From Macrostomum lignano (lineage: Eukaryota), in the NCBI GenBank assembly GCA_002269645.1, contig NIVC01000420.1, positions 1 through 64,000 of the forward strand: a stretch of DNA of 64,000 nucleotides, read 5' to 3'. A program made the position numbers and the translations under genes. The stretch's first letter is position 1. Each line of letters begins with the position of its first letter. The notes under the pieces were generated by a model. It made no database searches and was not told the DNA's origin. It saw nothing but the letters and a program-made list of their open reading frames with translations. This document shows positions 62,001 through 64,000 of this stretch, one piece after another.

Positions 62001-62654
62001 CTACCGCTGGGCTACGGCCCCCCTCAAAGCTCAGCTGTTTCTGTCTTTTTGTGCATTTTTCTAGACGGAAATTTTCTTGACACCGAATTTTTCTAAGGCA
62101 AATTCCCATTCGGCCCTATGCAGAATACAATTTGCTCCGAAAATTGGCCTTCAGCGAAAGAGAAGAGCTGGAACTCTAGATTCTGGTTCAAAGCCTCGTT
62201 GGTTTATCACAAACACGAAAGCCAAATCACTGCCCCTTACGCAGGTCCGGGCCGCCCAGCGCACAACGCCCAACCGCGCAGCTGTTCAGGCGACCCAATC
62301 GACCCCGAAGAGCTGCGGCGTCGCGAGGCGGAACGCGAAGATCGCCGCAGTCGACGACGTCAGCAGCAACTGCTGCTGCAGCAGCGGCAGCAGCTTCAAG
62401 GCCAACAGACAATCGACGAGGCTGATGCGCTGCTGTCGATGACCTCCGAGGAGGACAGAAAGGACGGAGAGGACGAAGGTTCTCTATCTAACAGCGGCTC
62501 CGGCGAGGCTGGGAACCAACCACAGCCGCAGCCAAGCAGTCGCCCATTCAACGGAAGCTGCTTCACCATCGAGCGGCTTCTGCTGATGTCTCCGTCATCG
62601 AATTCGAAGGCAGCCGGAAGCGGCGGCATCTACGACAACGAAGGCCAACAATGA
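56080..62654 (+). CDS. unc-4: Unc-4/Uncx paired-like homeobox transcription factor, 3 exons
   Basis: Exons 56080-56488, 60814 (or 60823)-61089, 62245-62654, both introns phase 1. Homeodomain [58 protein letters not shown], Unc-4-typical tail [24 protein letters not shown], and C-terminal eh1-like FTIERLL. Confidence 0.93.
57065..57365. mobile_element. Truncated second copy of the TTAA-flanked TIR element, Unc-4 intron 1
   Basis: High similarity to about 43820-44150 (CACCTTCTCAAACAAGAATCAAGTCGCCAG...CAGCTCTGACTTCGTTGGTCACT). Confidence 0.85.
60619..60792. mobile_element. CAAGG-MITE copy 3, inverted relative to copy 1, right end lost
   Basis: CAAGGACTACTCAAC followed by the reverse complement of the copy-1 interior (CACTACGGAGATGGG, TTGCTTTCGATAGG, CCAATGTTCATCTTTTGAT). 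Confidence 0.8.
61664..62025 (-). mobile_element. Full-length tRNA-derived SINE, about 360 bp, Unc-4 intron 2
   Basis: Minus-strand head GGGGGCCGTAGCCCAGCGG (A box)...GGCTCGATTCC (B box), A-rich tail, and 15-bp TSD AAAGCTCAGCTGTTT at 61649-61663 and 62026-62040. Confidence 0.9.
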
Positions 62655-64000
62655 CTGCTTAGAGTTGAATTCACTATATTAACTTGAAAGCTTGCATGTT
62701 CATTGTGAATTATAGCTTTGCAGCCAAAAGTTGGACATTAAAACGAATTGAATTTAATCTTTCAAGCTTAGCTCTGCCCAACATGCATTTAGACAGCAAC
62801 AACTAGTTAGTTAGCTAGTTTTTGTTCGTTCATCGCAGTGTTTTCCCACCTTGATAGACAGTAAAAGAACTCAAACTGGAACAACTTAGATTAAATTCAA
62901 TGCGTAAGAGTCCAACCAAAAAATATAGGTTCAAAAATCTATGTTTAATCTGTCTGCCTCAGCGCTATAATTCTACTCAATTGATCTGATTATTAACCGC
63001 AAAGTAATATACAATTTATGAAATAATTCAGCCATGTTTTTTTGTGAAATCATTGGACTATAAACCTTTCAAACACTAACTAAACTGTGAAAGCGTGCAC
63101 GCTAGCCAACATTCAATTGAATTCTTACTGCTTTTTCCTTGGTAAAGTGACCTACTGAATTGGCAAATATAGTGTAAAAAGTCGAACTACTCCTGCCAGC
63201 AGCGCTCTGTTGGTACTCTCCCCTCAGCTTAGCCTTATCCCAATGCTTAAAGGATTCTTGGTTCACAGAGAAGGCAAACACAGCCAGGCAAATGAAAATT
63301 GGCATTCAGACGCCTCGTGCAGCGCCCCAAACTTAGACAGATCCTGGACTGAAGTAAATGGGGAAATAAGCGAAAGTTCTGAGCGATAGCCGGGTTTGTC
63401 GTGGGGAGAAATTTGAAGCACGATTTGAATGAGGACACATAATCCGTGACCAGGAATTAACAGGTGGCCTGGTACCCCCACCAGCCGGATAATCCTCACT
63501 CCTAATTAAATATTCCCGGCAATTGGGAATATGATTTTGAACAGGTTTTATAAGACAATCAAAGCTGCTGGATGGGAAGCGGAGGGTTGGCCGGGAGATT
63601 TAAGCAAACAGTGCAGCTGGAAATTTCTTCTGCCAACAAGAGGCAACTTTAAAAAAGGGGAGATTGAGAACCCGAACAGCCGATTGATGGCGAAATAATT
63701 TTTCCTATTCACGATGCCCCCTGCGCACACCGACCCAACGCGGGGAAGTGTGCTCGCGAAAATCAGTGTCACGTTGGGCAAACAGAATTTGGTTGGGGGG
63801 CGGGTGCCGTGGGAAGGGAGCGCACGAGCGCGCATCATCTTATCTTTCTCTCCCCCCCCCCACCCAGCGATAATGAATTGATAATGATGATTAAGATGAA
63901 TAGTAGAAGCTGGGCTATGAACTGCTAAACCCACAGGTTCTACAATTTTTTGTTGCTAGGACGAATTATCATTGCCAGACTGATGGTCTTGCTTAAGAAT

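Noticed and set aside
61955-62023. tRNA-like sequence on the minus strand
   Set aside because: Not a tRNA gene: it lacks a closing acceptor stem, has a variant B box and is the head of a TSD-flanked SINE.

Overview
Eukaryotic (invertebrate animal) genomic DNA: GC-rich exons, AT-rich spacers and introns filled with mini/microsatellites. The innexin gene excludes a typical vertebrate; a Macrostomum-like flatworm is my inference only. Gene models were built by hand from GT-AG sites with intron phases checked. Left to right: an atypical (Tyr145, probably O2-binding) soluble guanylate cyclase beta subunit running off the left edge, a Tctex-1 dynein light chain, a single-exon SLC26/STAS transporter with a rewritten anion site, a 5-exon Tubby gene, a 3-exon innexin, a 3-exon ETS factor, an orphan secreted 6-Cys peptide, a poly(ADP-ribose) glycohydrolase (PARG) cluster, an orphan membrane protein with an AKAP-like helix, and a 3-exon Unc-4/Uncx homeobox gene. 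The most interesting structure is the PARG cluster (29.5-47.9 kb), which looks like a tandem duplication of an A+B gene pair. PARG-A has 22 x 24-aa repeats. PARG-B1 has an MGSSSS N-terminus and an intact QEE motif. An A-type relic has lost its whole catalytic exon. PARG-B2 keeps an intact ORF but its signature reads QQE. Mobile DNA includes a complete tRNA-derived SINE with 15-bp TSD, a solo LTR with 5-bp TSD, a CAAGG-ended MITE family with 8-bp TSD, a TTAA-flanked TIR element and a Crypton-like fragment.
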